A stretch of DNA of 64,000 nucleotides from Octopus vulgaris (taxonomy: Eukaryota). The stretch lies in assembly GCA_951406725.2 (NCBI GenBank), contig OX597818.1, positions 63,860,001 through 63,924,000 of the forward strand. Direction: 5' to 3'. Made by a program: the position numbers and the translations under genes. The notes beneath the pieces were generated by a model. That model did no database searches. It saw only the letters and a list, made by a program, of their open reading frames with translations, and was not told where the DNA came from. Below are positions 1-12,977 of this stretch, one piece after another. The stretch's first letter is position 1; the number at the start of each line of letters is the position of its first letter.

Positions 1-1182
1 CTTTTAGATTTTTTTCTTAATGTGGAACGCTTCTCTAATCCATGTTAAATGAAAATAAGTGAGATTTCCAAAATTCTGTAGGTATTAATGTCCTTATCAT
101 GTGAGCTTTTGGAAAAAGAAAACCCATTTTATAATCTGTTTTGAAAAGAAATTTTTTTAGAAAATAAAAATTAAGAAACAAGATTTTCTTATTTTAACAT
201 ACAAAATTCATTGCTGCTTAATGTTTGAAGCTGCCTACAGAACGCGCTGCAATGAATTTAGATGTTATGCAACACATCAATAGGGAAACCAACGTTACCC
301 TACATGTTTCCGTTATACACAAATTTGTCGCTTAACATGAAATTTAAATTCATAAAATACGATTAGTTTCGGAATAAAATTAGAATGCTTTTGGTTTTAT
401 TATCGCCGTTAACCAAACATCGCCATTGTTTAGATGTTGATTGCATTTCATAATATATTGTGAATATATAATCACATATTTACAATATGCCAAACGAACT
501 GCAACGAGGAAACATGGTATACATCAAGGGAATGTTGCTCATTACATTGTGGTGCGTTGTTCTGAAAGCAGATAGTCTTTCTGGAATATAAACTATAATA
601 TAAAAGATTAATTGAATTGCTAGACAATAGGTTACTTACCCTTTTATATTAAAGATATTCATTAAAATCGAACTTTCCGCACATAATTCAATTAAATTTA
701 TCCAACATGCTCACTAGAAAAGACTGAATAATATTATGTTAAAATTACCATAATATCGCAAGCTGTTAATAAATGTAGTTATGAAAAGAATATGCAAACG
801 CTGCCCTATTTCCCATAGATCTCCCTACGCATTCCACTGTATATACCTCAATGTGATAAATTTGACATCATTATTGTTAGGAGAACTGCAATGAAAAACT
901 GTTATTTAAATGTGAAAGTATTTGTTTTTAAGTCTGCCAAATAGCAACGCATGTTGGCGATTGTTTCCTGAAAATCAATATTCAGAAGATATTTACGTCT
1001 TTGTAGTCGTATCATGAACTCATATAATTTCCAAATTTGTTATACTCTTGATATTCATATCTATCAGAGGTGAGTTCATAACAGTTACTTTCGTCCCCCT
1101 TGTTTAATATTCAATAAATGCATATGAACAAAATTTTACGGACATCAATAGTGTCTATTGCTCTTAAAATTAAAATTCATTT

Positions 1183-1392
1183 AAGGCGACGCGCTGGCAC
1201 AAACGTAAACACATGATAGGCGGTATTTCGTCTCTCTTTACATTCTTAGTTCAAATTCCACCAAGGTCAACTTTGCCTTTCATCCTTTCGGATGCGATAA
1301 ATTAAGTACCAGTTGTGTACTGGCGTCAATTTTATTGGCTGATCCCCTTCCCAAAAATTTGGGGCCTTTTTGCCTGGAGTAGGAAAGAAGAT
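1183..1392 (+). mobile_element. tRNA-derived SINE, family A (my label)
   Basis: Head GGCGACGCGCTGGCA, B-box-like GTTCAAATTCC, body GCCTTTCATCCTTTCGG..GATAAATTAAGTACCAG shared with copies at 7689, 21242, 33657, 49718, 50983 and 62621. Confidence 0.8.
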
Positions 1393-1824
1393 TATAATTC
1401 AATTTTCAGTTCGTTATTTCAGGAAAAATAGGGCTTAAGATTTTAATATTCGCATACAATATCCTATGCTGTATGATGTTAAATTTTATCTTCACACGTA
1501 TCAGTTGGTATATAAGTAACACAGAGTTGACAGCCGATTTTAAACTTACTCTGCACTTATCATTTATCCTTACTCAAAACGTTTTACAAACTTAATGAAG
1601 TTCTTCTTGTGTGCGTCTTATTTTGGTTCGTAGATTAACAGTTCTGGGTATTTTGAGCTTGCGTTTACGTGTGTTTGACTGTGAATTTCTGTCTACCAAT
1701 ATATGTATGCATCTATTTCTCAATCTATCTATCTATCTATCTTTCCTTCCTTCTCCTTTTTCTCTGGCTATACAAACACAGATATACACATGCGTATATA
1801 CATACACATATAAACACACACACA

Positions 1825-1856
<32 letters not shown>

Positions 1857-1861
<5 letters not shown>

Positions 1862-2170
1862 GGCAGTTTGTCTGTGTGTGTTTCTGTGAGTCTGTTTGGT
1901 TGTACCCTCACTCTGACCACGGCTTTCAACCGATTCTGATGAAACTTGACACACACAGTTCTGAAAAAGATCGATAAATTCGACATGGGGTCGACAATCA
2001 GAAACACAAACCACAGATGGTCTAGGGGACGCAACTCGAGCTTTTTAACTATCAAAAAAAATTTACCATAATTTTTTTCCCATTTTTTTGCTATTTTTTG
2101 GCTATAACTCTCTAAAAATGCTTTATAGTTATTTCCTTACAAACCCGAGCAACCCGGGCGATACTGCTAG
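1857..2170 (+). mobile_element. Non-autonomous Helitron-like element
   Basis: 3' end CCCGAGCAACCCGGG hairpin (2144-2158) followed by CTAG|T at 2167-2171; internal CAACCGATTCTGATGAAACTTG motif typical of short Helitrons. The 5' end is lost in (TA)n. Confidence 0.7.
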
Positions 2171-2285
2171 TATATATATATAACAAGAATGGCATGGCAA
2201 TCAATATTGTCCTATACTTGTAAAATGGTTGCGTTCTATCATATACCTGCATATATGTTGGTATGCACATATATGAATGTATATA

Positions 2286-2685
<400 letters not shown>

Positions 2686-3066
2686 GTTATATACCTCGTG
2701 ACTCTTCCACTAATATAAAGTAAATTACTGAAAACTTATGAACTGCTTGGAAGCCAATCAAAATTTGGATGGTTGAATCGGAACAATTTGTGCAAAGCAA
2801 GGAGACTCTTTTGGAAAAAAATGTTATTCAGTGTTCGCTATTATATGAATGGAGTGACAGACGTACAATGGCATTGTGTGTTGGTGCCGGTGAAGATTAT
2901 ACATTTGGTGCTACTACAGGACAATGTTATATCCATTAACCATTAATCTTTTCATTACATGCGCAAACACACACACAAACATACACTCACATCCACACAC
3001 AAATAGCTACACATATACTCTCTTACACATACAGACACATACAAACACATTCACATACACACACAC

Positions 3067-3107
<41 letters not shown>

Positions 3108-3110
<3 letters not shown>

Positions 3111-3443
3111 GGAGAGTCGGAGACCCCCTTCGGTCACGACACAGACCATGGGATTGCACCTAGAAAGTTACCCTCCTAGACACAAGTCCGGGCAAGGTTG
3201 TTTATGGAAGACAGACGTACAATGGCATTGTGTACGCGAGCAGTGCTATCCAAGGGAAAGACAAAGGTCGATACAGCTCAGCACCAGTGACGTAGCAACT
3301 CATTTCTACAGCTGAGTGAACTGGAGCAACGTGAAATAAAGTGCCTTGCTCAAGAACACAACACGCAGCCCGGTCCGAGATTCGAGCTCACAACCTCACG
3401 ATCGTAAGCTCGACGCTCTAACCACTGAGCCATGCGGCTTCAC
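3108..3443 (-). mobile_element. tRNA-derived SINE, family E (CORE-like body)
   Basis: Minus strand GTGAAGCCGCATGGCTCAGTGGTTAGAGCG (A box), then CTTGAGCAAGGCACTTTATTTCACGTTGCTCCAG; head related to the copy at 56868-57117. Confidence 0.75.
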
Positions 3444-3452
3444 ATGTATGGT

Positions 3453-3557
<105 letters not shown>

Positions 3558-4212
3558 GTATGTATATGTATATATATATATACGCATTCATATTTAAAAC
3601 ACCTGTTAGGTCGTGAGAAATTATTCACTTCAGCTTCGAAAAAATTACAGATCCCCTACAATATGTATTGAGCACTCGTTGTCCATGTGTATCTGTATGT
3701 ATATTTGTACATGTGACTGTGTATGTCTGTGAATATTTCCATGACAAAAAGTAAAAGTTTAATTGTAGAGATATTCGGGTGATCAATGTTAAGCAGCTTC
3801 TTAATTACTGCTTTCTGAGGTTTCATTGGAAACACTTTTTCGTAAGAAAAGCTCAAGAAAATGGCCTACAACAAATCCATACGTCGAATAATTCCTCCAA
3901 AATGACAACAGAAGGACTTCATTTTGTTTGAATACAACAGCCAAAAGGACATAAAGCCTGAGTACTTAATGTATTGATTTCAAATATAGAGAAATACAGA
4001 AATAAGGAGAGAAATAGAAAGAAAGAGCGGTATACACGTGTAAACTCTGAGCTGCTGAATTTAGGCCACTGAATCTTTGTAAACATTATAAAATTCTCCG
4101 CTGAAGAAATGTTGCTACTTCGCATTCTATTGCATTATGAATACGCACAGATGAGAATGCAAAGATGCCTGAATTGCGAAACGCACGTAGGAAAAAAATA
4201 GGATATACTGCA

Positions 4213-7200
4213 TCATGTGATTATTATACGTTTTTATATATCCCCTCCCACCATACACACAATTATATGTTTACTTATATAGTTGTTTATTCCATGCATT
4301 CGTTTGAAGCTCCAAAGACAAGCATAACCGTATATATGGATTATAACATGAAACGTAAGTATACTGCAGGTATAAACACTGCCTAACTTTATAAATCACT
4401 GAAAATTCCCCCTATAGAAATAGGACTGTATAGTAATCAATGAAGAGAAATATGCAATCTTTAAGTTAACATATATCGCTGGACAATATACATAACAAAT
4501 TGGTGTAGTTGATGATTTTATTTGATATTGCTAGACCTATAATATAACCTGCAGTGTTACAATCGTGAGCTTGTATTTGCTATACATTTCTAGTTAAATC
4601 TATACGGAAAATAATAAACGATGTTTAACTATGAAACATATTTTAGCAAAATACATCAAACAACGAAATCCTTTAGGAAATACCTACTGTTTAATAACCA
4701 TTCACTTTATAGCTAATACTCTGTTCTCTGAGGGAATAGCAATTGTTAATCTCGTTGGGATACGACATGAATGCCAAATATATTTCTCTATATCAAACAT
4801 GAGAATCAATAGCTGCTGCAACACACTGCATGTGTGTGCAACTCAATGCATCTTCGTAGAATCAATTCACTGATATCTTCCTGTTTCAATACGCGGAACA
4901 CATTTTCCTCTATTTATTTACTTTGTATTTTATTTCGCTTTACAAATTTGATCATAAATGAATAATCTACTTTCACATAAAATGTGTTTTGTTTTACTTT
5001 TACATATTTTTACATATTTCGAATTTGCTTATGGAAATCATGTGCAAATTGTGCATTGTTCCCACAGCTGTCTATTTACATAATATAGATATGTGCATGT
5101 TCAACCAGGAAGAACTTGATAATATTCGAATTTCTCAAATTAAAGTGTTCTTCTATTTATATGATTTTTAAGTTAGAGTTAGTGAGATATTAATAGAAAA
5201 TAAAACAAAAACGTTTATTAAACATTAAATTCGAAATATTTAACAGTAAATGTATATTGAATTTAGCATTAGCTTTAATCTCTGAGTGAAAAGGATGAGA
5301 ACTGTGCTCTGTCACACGCCATGAATACGAATAATATATAACGAAGGTTACAGCGTTCTAACGCTTTGTTCCCAAAATATGACTTGTAAATCTTTGGGAG
5401 TAAAGATCGCATTCCTCTTCGTCATATATAACACTTATTCAAGTATAAAGAGTTATATATGGGGCTGTGTGGCACGATGATTGCTTCCCAATCAGATGAT
5501 TCAGCGTTCAGTCCCTGTGCGTACCACCTTGGGCAAGTGACTTCTTCTATTGCTGCGGGCCGACTGAAAACTTGTGACTGGATTTGGTAGACGGAAACTG
5601 AAAGAAGCCCGTAGTACGTAGACTTGTGATATGTCTGTGACTCTTATTTCTTTGACTCTTATTTCTAACCATGCACCGTCAGTCACTTTTAGTCACAATT
5701 AAATGTTTCATTTTTGGATTTATGTTGTGTCTACTCACTTTTAGTATTTTATGATGTATGGTGGGGTGTTGCAAAGTGGTCTCTTCACCCTGGTGTCATG
5801 TGATTCATGTGATTATTATACGTTTTTATATATCCCCTCCCACCATACACACAATTATATGTTTACTTATATAGTTGTTTATTCCATGCATTCGTTTGAA
5901 GCTCCAAAGACAAGCATAACCGTATATATGGATTATAACATGAAACGTAAGTATACTGCAGGTATAAACACTGCCTAACTTTATAAATCACTGAAAATTC
6001 CCCCTATAGAAATAGGACTGTATAGTAATCAATGAAGAGAAATATGCAATCTTTAAGTTAACATATATCGCTGGACAATATACATAACAAATTGGTGTAG
6101 TTGATGATTTTATTTGATATTGCTAGACCTATAATATAACCTGCAGTGTTACAATCGTGAGCTTGTATTTGCTATACATTTCTAGTTAAATCTATACGGA
6201 AAATAATAAACGATGTTTAACTATGAAACATATTTTAGCAAAATACATCAAACAACGAAATCCTTTAGGAAATACCTACTGTTTAATAACCATTCACTTT
6301 ATAGCTAATACTCTGTTCTCTGAGGGAATAGCAATTGTTAATCTCGTTGGGATACGACATGAATGCCAAATATATTTCTCTATATCAAACATGAGAATCA
6401 ATAGCTGCTGCAACACACTGCATGTGTGTGCAACTCAATGCATCTTCGTAGAATCAATTCACTGATATCTTCCTGTTTCAATACGCGGAACACATTTTCC
6501 TCTATTTATTTACTTTGTATTTTATTTCGCTTTACAAATTTGATCATAAATGAATAATCTACTTTCACATAAAATGTGTTTTGTTTTACTTTTACATATT
6601 TTTACATATTTCGAATTTGCTTATGGAAATCATGTGCAAATTGTGCATTGTTCCCACAGCTGTCTATTTACATAATATAGATATGTGCATGTTCAACCAG
6701 GAAGAACTTGATAATATTCGAATTTCTCAAATTAAAGTGTTCTTCTATTTATATGATTTTTAAGTTAGAGTTAGTGAGATATTAATAGAAAATAAAACAA
6801 AAACGTTTATTAAACATTAAATTCGAAATATTTAACAGTAAATGTATATTGAATTTAGCATTAGCTTTAATCTCTGAGTGAAAAGGATGAGAACTGTGCT
6901 CTGTCACACGCCATGAATACGAATAATATATAACGAAGGTTACAGCGTTCTAACGCTTTGTTCCCAAAATATGACTTGTAAATCTTTGGGAGTAAAGATC
7001 GCATTCCTCTTCGTCATATATAACACTTATTCAAGTATAAAGAGTTATATATGGGGCTGTGTGGCACGATGATTGCTTCCCAATCAGATGATTCAGCGTT
7101 CAGTCCCTGTGCGTACCACCTTGGGCAAGTGACTTCTTCTATTGCTGCGGGCCGACTGAAAACTTGTGACTGGATTTGGTAGACGGAAACTGAAAGAAGC

Positions 7201-7396
7201 CCGTAGTACGTAGACTTGTGATATGTCTGTGACTCTTATTTCTTTGACTCTTATTTCTAACCATGCACCGTCAGTCACTTTTAGTCACAATTAAATGTTT
7301 CATTTTTGGATTTATGTTATGTCTACTCACTTTTAGTATTTTATGATGTATGGTGGGGTGTTGCAAAGTGGTCTCTTCACCCTGGTGTGATGTGTG
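4213..7396. repeat. Near-perfect tandem duplication, unit 1592 bp (4213-5804 / 5805-7396)
   Basis: Identical ORF translations offset by exactly 1592 (4631/6223, 4989/6581, 5501/7093); at least one substitution (5727 g vs 7319 a). Confidence 0.95.
5461..5614 (+). mobile_element. SINE family B, 5' part (second copy at 7053-7206)
   Basis: GGCTGTGTGG head, CACCTTGGGCAAGTG and GGATTTGGTAGACGGAAACTGAAAGAAGCCCGT shared with other family B copies. Confidence 0.75.
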
Positions 7397-7646
7397 ACTG
7401 TCGATGTACTGTAGTTACTGCTTTACTCTAGTAGCCACAATAGTTACTAGTCATCGGATATCGTTGTATCTTTTCGTAACGGAATAGTAATACATTAACT
7501 TCTGTCTTACTATCGTTGATAACTCTACAAAACACCGACTACTACTGTCAAACCTTATCCCGCTCTTGAGGACCGGCCACTGGTCTATTTATAATGGCTG
7601 AACCGTACAACCTTTTACCGGGAGGGGTATACAGGCTCACTATACA
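7347..7646 (-). mobile_element. Possible solo LTR (~300 bp)
   Basis: TG..CA termini with 8/9 inverted match (TGTATGGTG ... CACTATACA); TATAAATAG on the minus strand near 7590; no clean target-site duplication (TSD). Confidence 0.3.
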
Positions 7647-7688
7647 ATATCACCCATTTTAATTATTTTATTAACCAATCATTTTACT

Positions 7689-7900
7689 AGGCGAGCTGGC
7701 AGCATCGTTAGCAAGCCGGGCGAAATGCTTTTTGGTATTTCGTCTCAATTTGCATTCTGAGTTCAAATTCCGCCGAAGTCGAGTTTGCTTTTCATCCTTT
7801 TGGGGTCGATATATTAAGTATCATTCGCGTACTGGGCTCGATCGAATCGATTGGCCCCCTCTTTCTAAATTTCGGGCATTACCTAGAGGGGAAAAGAATA
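7689..7900 (+). mobile_element. SINE family A
   Basis: GGCGAGCTGGCAG head, GAGTTCAAATTCC, TTTCATCCTTTTGGGGTCGAT. Confidence 0.8.
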
Positions 7901-9107
7901 TCCAATCAAATGAAAACATTAATCTAAACACGTCTTTAATTTTAAGAGTTTCACATTTCTAAACCTAACAAAACCTATTTCTTTCTTGAACTAGGAAATA
8001 TGATTTCACTTTAAAATCTAAAATCTAAGATGCTTTTGGTGTTGTAGTTGATGATTTATGAGCCATTGGTATAATGAGCCAATAGTGTTATGATCAAAAT
8101 TTGTGCAGTTGCAAAGAAGTTGTAATTTGGGTAGAAGGTATGAGAATATTCATGAATCCTCCTCTCTTCCAACTGGCGGTTATGCATTACATGATTTTGT
8201 CCAGACTGCTATACTTTAAATGAAAAGGAAGAATGAAGGATTTATATTTAAGTTCCTCGTGGAATCAATATTTACATTCTAGGTAAGGAATACGGGTTCG
8301 CACGCGTGTGTGATTTATGATCGCAGAAGGGTTTGACATGGCTGGATATGCATTGTTTAACTTAGAGTATTATACATAAAAGCGTGTGACCTCCAAGCTC
8401 GGCTGTTGTGCTCATTATCTTAGTATCGTGGATTGAATTCCTGACTCAGGTAATGCGTGTGTCGTTGTGCAGCTATTACTTCACGTTTCACCAGCACCGT
8501 CAGCTGCCATGAATGCTAGCCTAGTGCTGGCGAATCCCTCACTCATTCCAGCTTAATACAACTTTGGTGCTCTACAGGTATTCACATATTCTCGCAAACC
8601 AAGTTGCCTAAATCAAAAAGGGAAAACTTGTTACATGGTGCAACATCATTCTATCCTGCAATTGGAGTCTGGTTGCTAGTGTAGTTATATTCATTATAAG
8701 AGGTCCATTCTTTATGTTTATTATACTGACTAGTAACGTTCCAAGAATATAGAGACGTGAACGGAGTAATTATATTCAAAAGAGAAAATAAAGTGTAAAA
8801 TAAAATCTTGAAGATTTGGAAAGCGAAATCTATGCATTGCGAAATCTACGCAAAAGGAGATAAAGCAAAAGATAAGAGAGCCTTTCAATAAGTTCTGAAG
8901 ATTTTTCTTTAATGAATCTTTGATGGAACGCATTATTACGAGTATTCATTATCGAAATATCTCTACGCATTCAAAAGTGTATAAGCCAAATCTTACATTC
9001 ATACAAATTTAAAGGCGCACTAGTGTAGGAACATACATATACATATCAACTGAACTACTTCAACACACACACACAGCTCCACATATATGTATATAAATGC
9101 ATAAGCA

Positions 9108-9162
<55 letters not shown>

Positions 9163-9179
9163 AAGATAGATAAATCTGA

Positions 9180-9253
<74 letters not shown>

Positions 9254-9738
9254 CTCTCACTATATATATAAAAATGCATAAATATGTATGTATATATATA
9301 CTTATACAGAATAGATAGGTCTACGTGTATATATGTGTGTATGTATGTATGAATGTATGATTGGCTACTTCATCTAATTTCTGTCATTGCCATCCGCTAT
9401 TTTAAATTGGACTAAGTTATTTGTCCTTTCTAAATTTCATATCACGAAAAAATAAAATCGTATATTTTTTTCATCTTGAGAATTGTCAAAATGTTTCATT
9501 CCTTTATATTAATGATTTAGAAAACGATCCAGCTTCTTTTGTATATGAAAATTGCTTTCAGAAGGATGCCATTCTTATATATTTAACGAAAATCAAATTG
9601 AAATATATTTTCTCACAAAATAATTAACGATTTTTTGTTACACTTGGAGTCTATGAGAAATTTCAATGTTGAGATGAGAACAAGGCTAGTAGAAGTAATT
9701 GGTTAAACATAAATGAAGTTCTATATCGTCAAGTAGTT

Positions 9739-9756
9739 AATTATTATTATTATTAC

Positions 9757-9796
<40 letters not shown>

Positions 9797-10032
9797 GTTG
9801 TTGTTGTTGTTGTTGTTGTTGTTATTATTATTATTATTATCATTATTATTATTATTATTACTAGTAGTAGTAGTAGTAGTAGTAGTAGTTGTTGTTGTCG
9901 TGGTGGTGGTGGTGATGGTGGTGGTTGTGGTGGTGGTAGTAGTAGTAGTAGTAGCAGTAGCTGTTGTTGGGGGGTGTTGGTGTTGGGGGGTAATGGTGGT
10001 GGTGATGGTGGTGGTGGTGGTAGTAGCAGTAG

Positions 10033-10095
<63 letters not shown>
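9739..10095. repeat. Compound trinucleotide microsatellite (ATT/GTT/GTA/GGT)n
   Basis: Direct reading. Confidence 0.95.
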
Positions 10096-10097
<2 letters not shown>

Positions 10098-10824
10098 TCA
10101 TTCGCATTTTTATGTGTGGATATTATTGATTTTTATGTATAAGAAAATTAACTTCATATCAGAGTTGTATCACGCCATCTTATGCCAGTGTGATGTTATC
10201 ATAGATTTTGGGTTTTCAGTTGTTACGGAGAATATGATTAGGGTGTGTTTGGACTGAATCTGACGTTTATTTTGCCTCTTGTTTTCATGTAAGAGCTACA
10301 TGTACAAGCAAACAGTCAATGGTGTTGTAGAGTGTAAAGATTTAAATTGTAGTTTGAAATAAGTTAGCTGAAATAGAGGACTGGAAGGCATCTGTATAAT
10401 GGAAAAGATTTACCTGTATGATGATGCTTCGTACCAGGTGCCAAAATGTTGACATCATAACTGCTGATCAATGATTTGTGGGCGAACAACGTATTATGAA
10501 CTGTAGAAATGGAGGCTTCAAGGCTGTGGCCTGCAGGAGGGACCACTGCAGGCGTTCGGACTGTGACCGCTTAATTGGGTTGATCACCACATCTTTTAAC
10601 CAGTCGTTAGTCTTATTTCACACAGCTGTTTGAAGATGCTGGACACTGCGATTAATATCTGGCCGGAGAGAGTTAAGTTGCTGCCGGAAGGCCATATGAG
10701 TGAGAGAAGGATTTGTTTCCTTCCCCTACCTCCGGGAGTGTCAGAATTTGTCGAAAATATTCTACGGTTTAATGATCCGCCATTTCTGGCCTCCTAGTAG
10801 CCCAATTCCTATTGTATTTTTCGA

Positions 10825-11133
<309 letters not shown>

Positions 11134-11201
11134 CAGGTCAATGCCTGGAATTGAACTCGGACTCTTGGGGTTAGTAGACCGCGCTCTTAATGACTACGCC
11201 A
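11134..11201 (-). mobile_element. tRNA-like Pol III head reading into an (AAT)n tract
   Basis: Minus strand TGGCGTAGTCATTAAGAGCGCGGTCTACTAACCCCAAGAGTCCGAGTTCAATTCCAGG: degenerate A box, B box GTTCAATTC, tRNA-like spacing. Confidence 0.65.
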
Positions 11202-11242
11202 AAAAATAACTTAATGAGAACCCAGGTTCGAAAATTCCCCAA

Positions 11243-11286
11243 GACACCTGATGAAGGCTGGAGGATATATCAGCCGAAACATGTTT
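11243..11286 (+). ncRNA. Minimal type I hammerhead ribozyme motif
   Basis: CTGATGA-A (11248), helix II GGCTG/CAGCC, GAAA (11276), palindromic AAACATGTTT; helix I weak in this copy. Confidence 0.7.
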
Positions 11287-11356
11287 TTAACAACAAGCAT
11301 AATAATGTTTGTAAATAATGTAAATAATGTTATCAGGAAACATTGAAATTTCCGAG

Positions 11357-11623
11357 TGCCTCTGTGGTAAGTATCTTGTTACAAAACACGTGGTTTCGGG
11401 TTCAGTCCTACTGCGTGGCACGTTGGGCAAGTGTTTTCCACTATAGCCTCGGGCCGACCAAAGCCTTGTGAGGGGATTTGGTAGACGGAAACCGAAAGAA
11501 GCCTGTCGTATATATATATATATATATATTTTTATTTTTTTATTTTATAGAATTATAAATTAATTTACTCTGCTATGTATTGATTACCTTATTTACTGTG
11601 GTTAACCCCGACTCAACCCGGGA

Positions 11624-11698
<75 letters not shown>

Positions 11699-11903
11699 GT
11701 GTGTGTGTATATGTTTGTGTGTCTCTGTTTGTCCACCCAATATTGCTTGACAACCGATGCTGGTGTGTTTACGTCTCCGTACCAATAAGTACTAGGGTTA
11801 CAAAGAATATGTCCTAGGTTCGAGATGCTCGACTAAAGACGGTTCTCCAGCATGGCCACAACAAATGACTGAAACAAGCAAAAGACTAAAAGAGTAAGGA
11901 GTA
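11357..11903 (+). mobile_element. SINE family B, interrupted by an insert in its internal (TA)n
   Basis: Head GTGGTAAG..GGGTTCAGTCC, body, and 3' tail CTCCAGCATGGCC..TGACTGAAACAAG..AAAAGAGT. Confidence 0.8.
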
Positions 11904-12384
11904 AACACTGCAGTCAAACAGACATGATCCCTCCTCACAGATCCTTAGTTAAACACTAAATTCTTAAATTCTCTTTTAACTCCTTAGGGTACAATCACCC
12001 ATATTAGATTTCCCCTTTCTTTGATTTTTCTTTTCGCATCTCTTTCCCTTTACCTTACTCAGTCTAAGGTCACAAATTAGGTATGCTAGGTGGGAGACGG
12101 GTTATGTTACTCTACTACTTACCACACTCCTCCTCCATCACAAACATCATAAATATTATTATTTGATTCGTGGGCAATTGTCGACTTATCTATTTCATAT
12201 TTTACTTTCGCTCGCCATTGTCTCTGGACGTCAAAGAGATTTTCTCCATCAGACGAATTTCAGTAACAGTCGTATTGTTTCTAACAACCGACCTCAAACA
12301 TGCGTCCAGATACACCGATATGCTACCTTGTTTATCTATGTTCTTTATCTTCTTCTTATTGTTATTCTAGTCTTCATCTTCTTT

Positions 12385-12613
12385 ATCAACTTCTTCTTCT
12401 TCATTTTCATCATCATCATCATCGTCATCTTATTCTTCATCATCATCATCATCAACTTCATCATCATCGTCATCATCATCATCATCTTCATCTTCATCAT
12501 CATCATCATCATCCTCATCGTCATTATCATCATCATCATAAACTTCATCATCATCATCATCATCTTTTTCTTCTTCTTCTTCTTCATCATCATCATCAAC
12601 TTCATCATCATGG

Positions 12614-12647
<34 letters not shown>

Positions 12648-12765
12648 AAACTTCATCATCATCATCATCATAAACTTCATCATCATCATCATCATATTTT
12701 TCTTCCTCTTCTTCATCATCATCATCATCATCTTATTCTTCATCATCATCATCATCATCATTAAC

Positions 12766-12803
<38 letters not shown>
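12385..12803. repeat. Degenerate (CAT/CTT)n microsatellite
   Basis: Direct reading; accounts for the poly-I, poly-H and poly-M ORFs. Confidence 0.95.
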
Positions 12804-12880
12804 TCCCCCACTCATAATCTGTACCCTTCTTACTCATCCTATAACCACACATTTATTTTTATTTTTTATGTTTCTTCTAG

Positions 12881-12977
12881 CTATAAACCAAAAAGCAAGA
12901 TCTGGAAGACGTACAATGTAACAGCACATCATTCATGCAAGCCTGATGAGATGCCTCCCTGTTGTCTAAAACCTTAG
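12881..12977 (+). CDS. Candidate terminal coding exon, YKPKSKIWKTYNVTAHHSCKPDEMPPCCLKP*, product unknown
   Basis: Long pyrimidine tract plus TTTCTTCTAG acceptor; open phase-2 frame to TAG; protein-like composition. No homology recognised. Confidence 0.25.

Noticed and set aside
1931-1975. CTGATGA..GAAA in the Helitron resembling a hammerhead
   Set aside because: Helix II is not adjacent to GAAA and there is no helix I or III; CTGATGAAA is part of the usual Helitron motif.
3919-4125. Minus-strand ORF with RVYRSFFLFLSLFLYF, superficially like a TRP S5 helix
   Set aside because: Derives from an AG-rich low-complexity tract; no convincing splice sites.
10364-10810. GC-richer segment, possibly a LINE 5' region or exon
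   Set aside because: No sustained frame or recognisable motif.
11134-11201. Functional tRNA gene
   Set aside because: No proper acceptor stem, weak anticodon stem, degenerate A box; treated as a tRNA-derived repeat.
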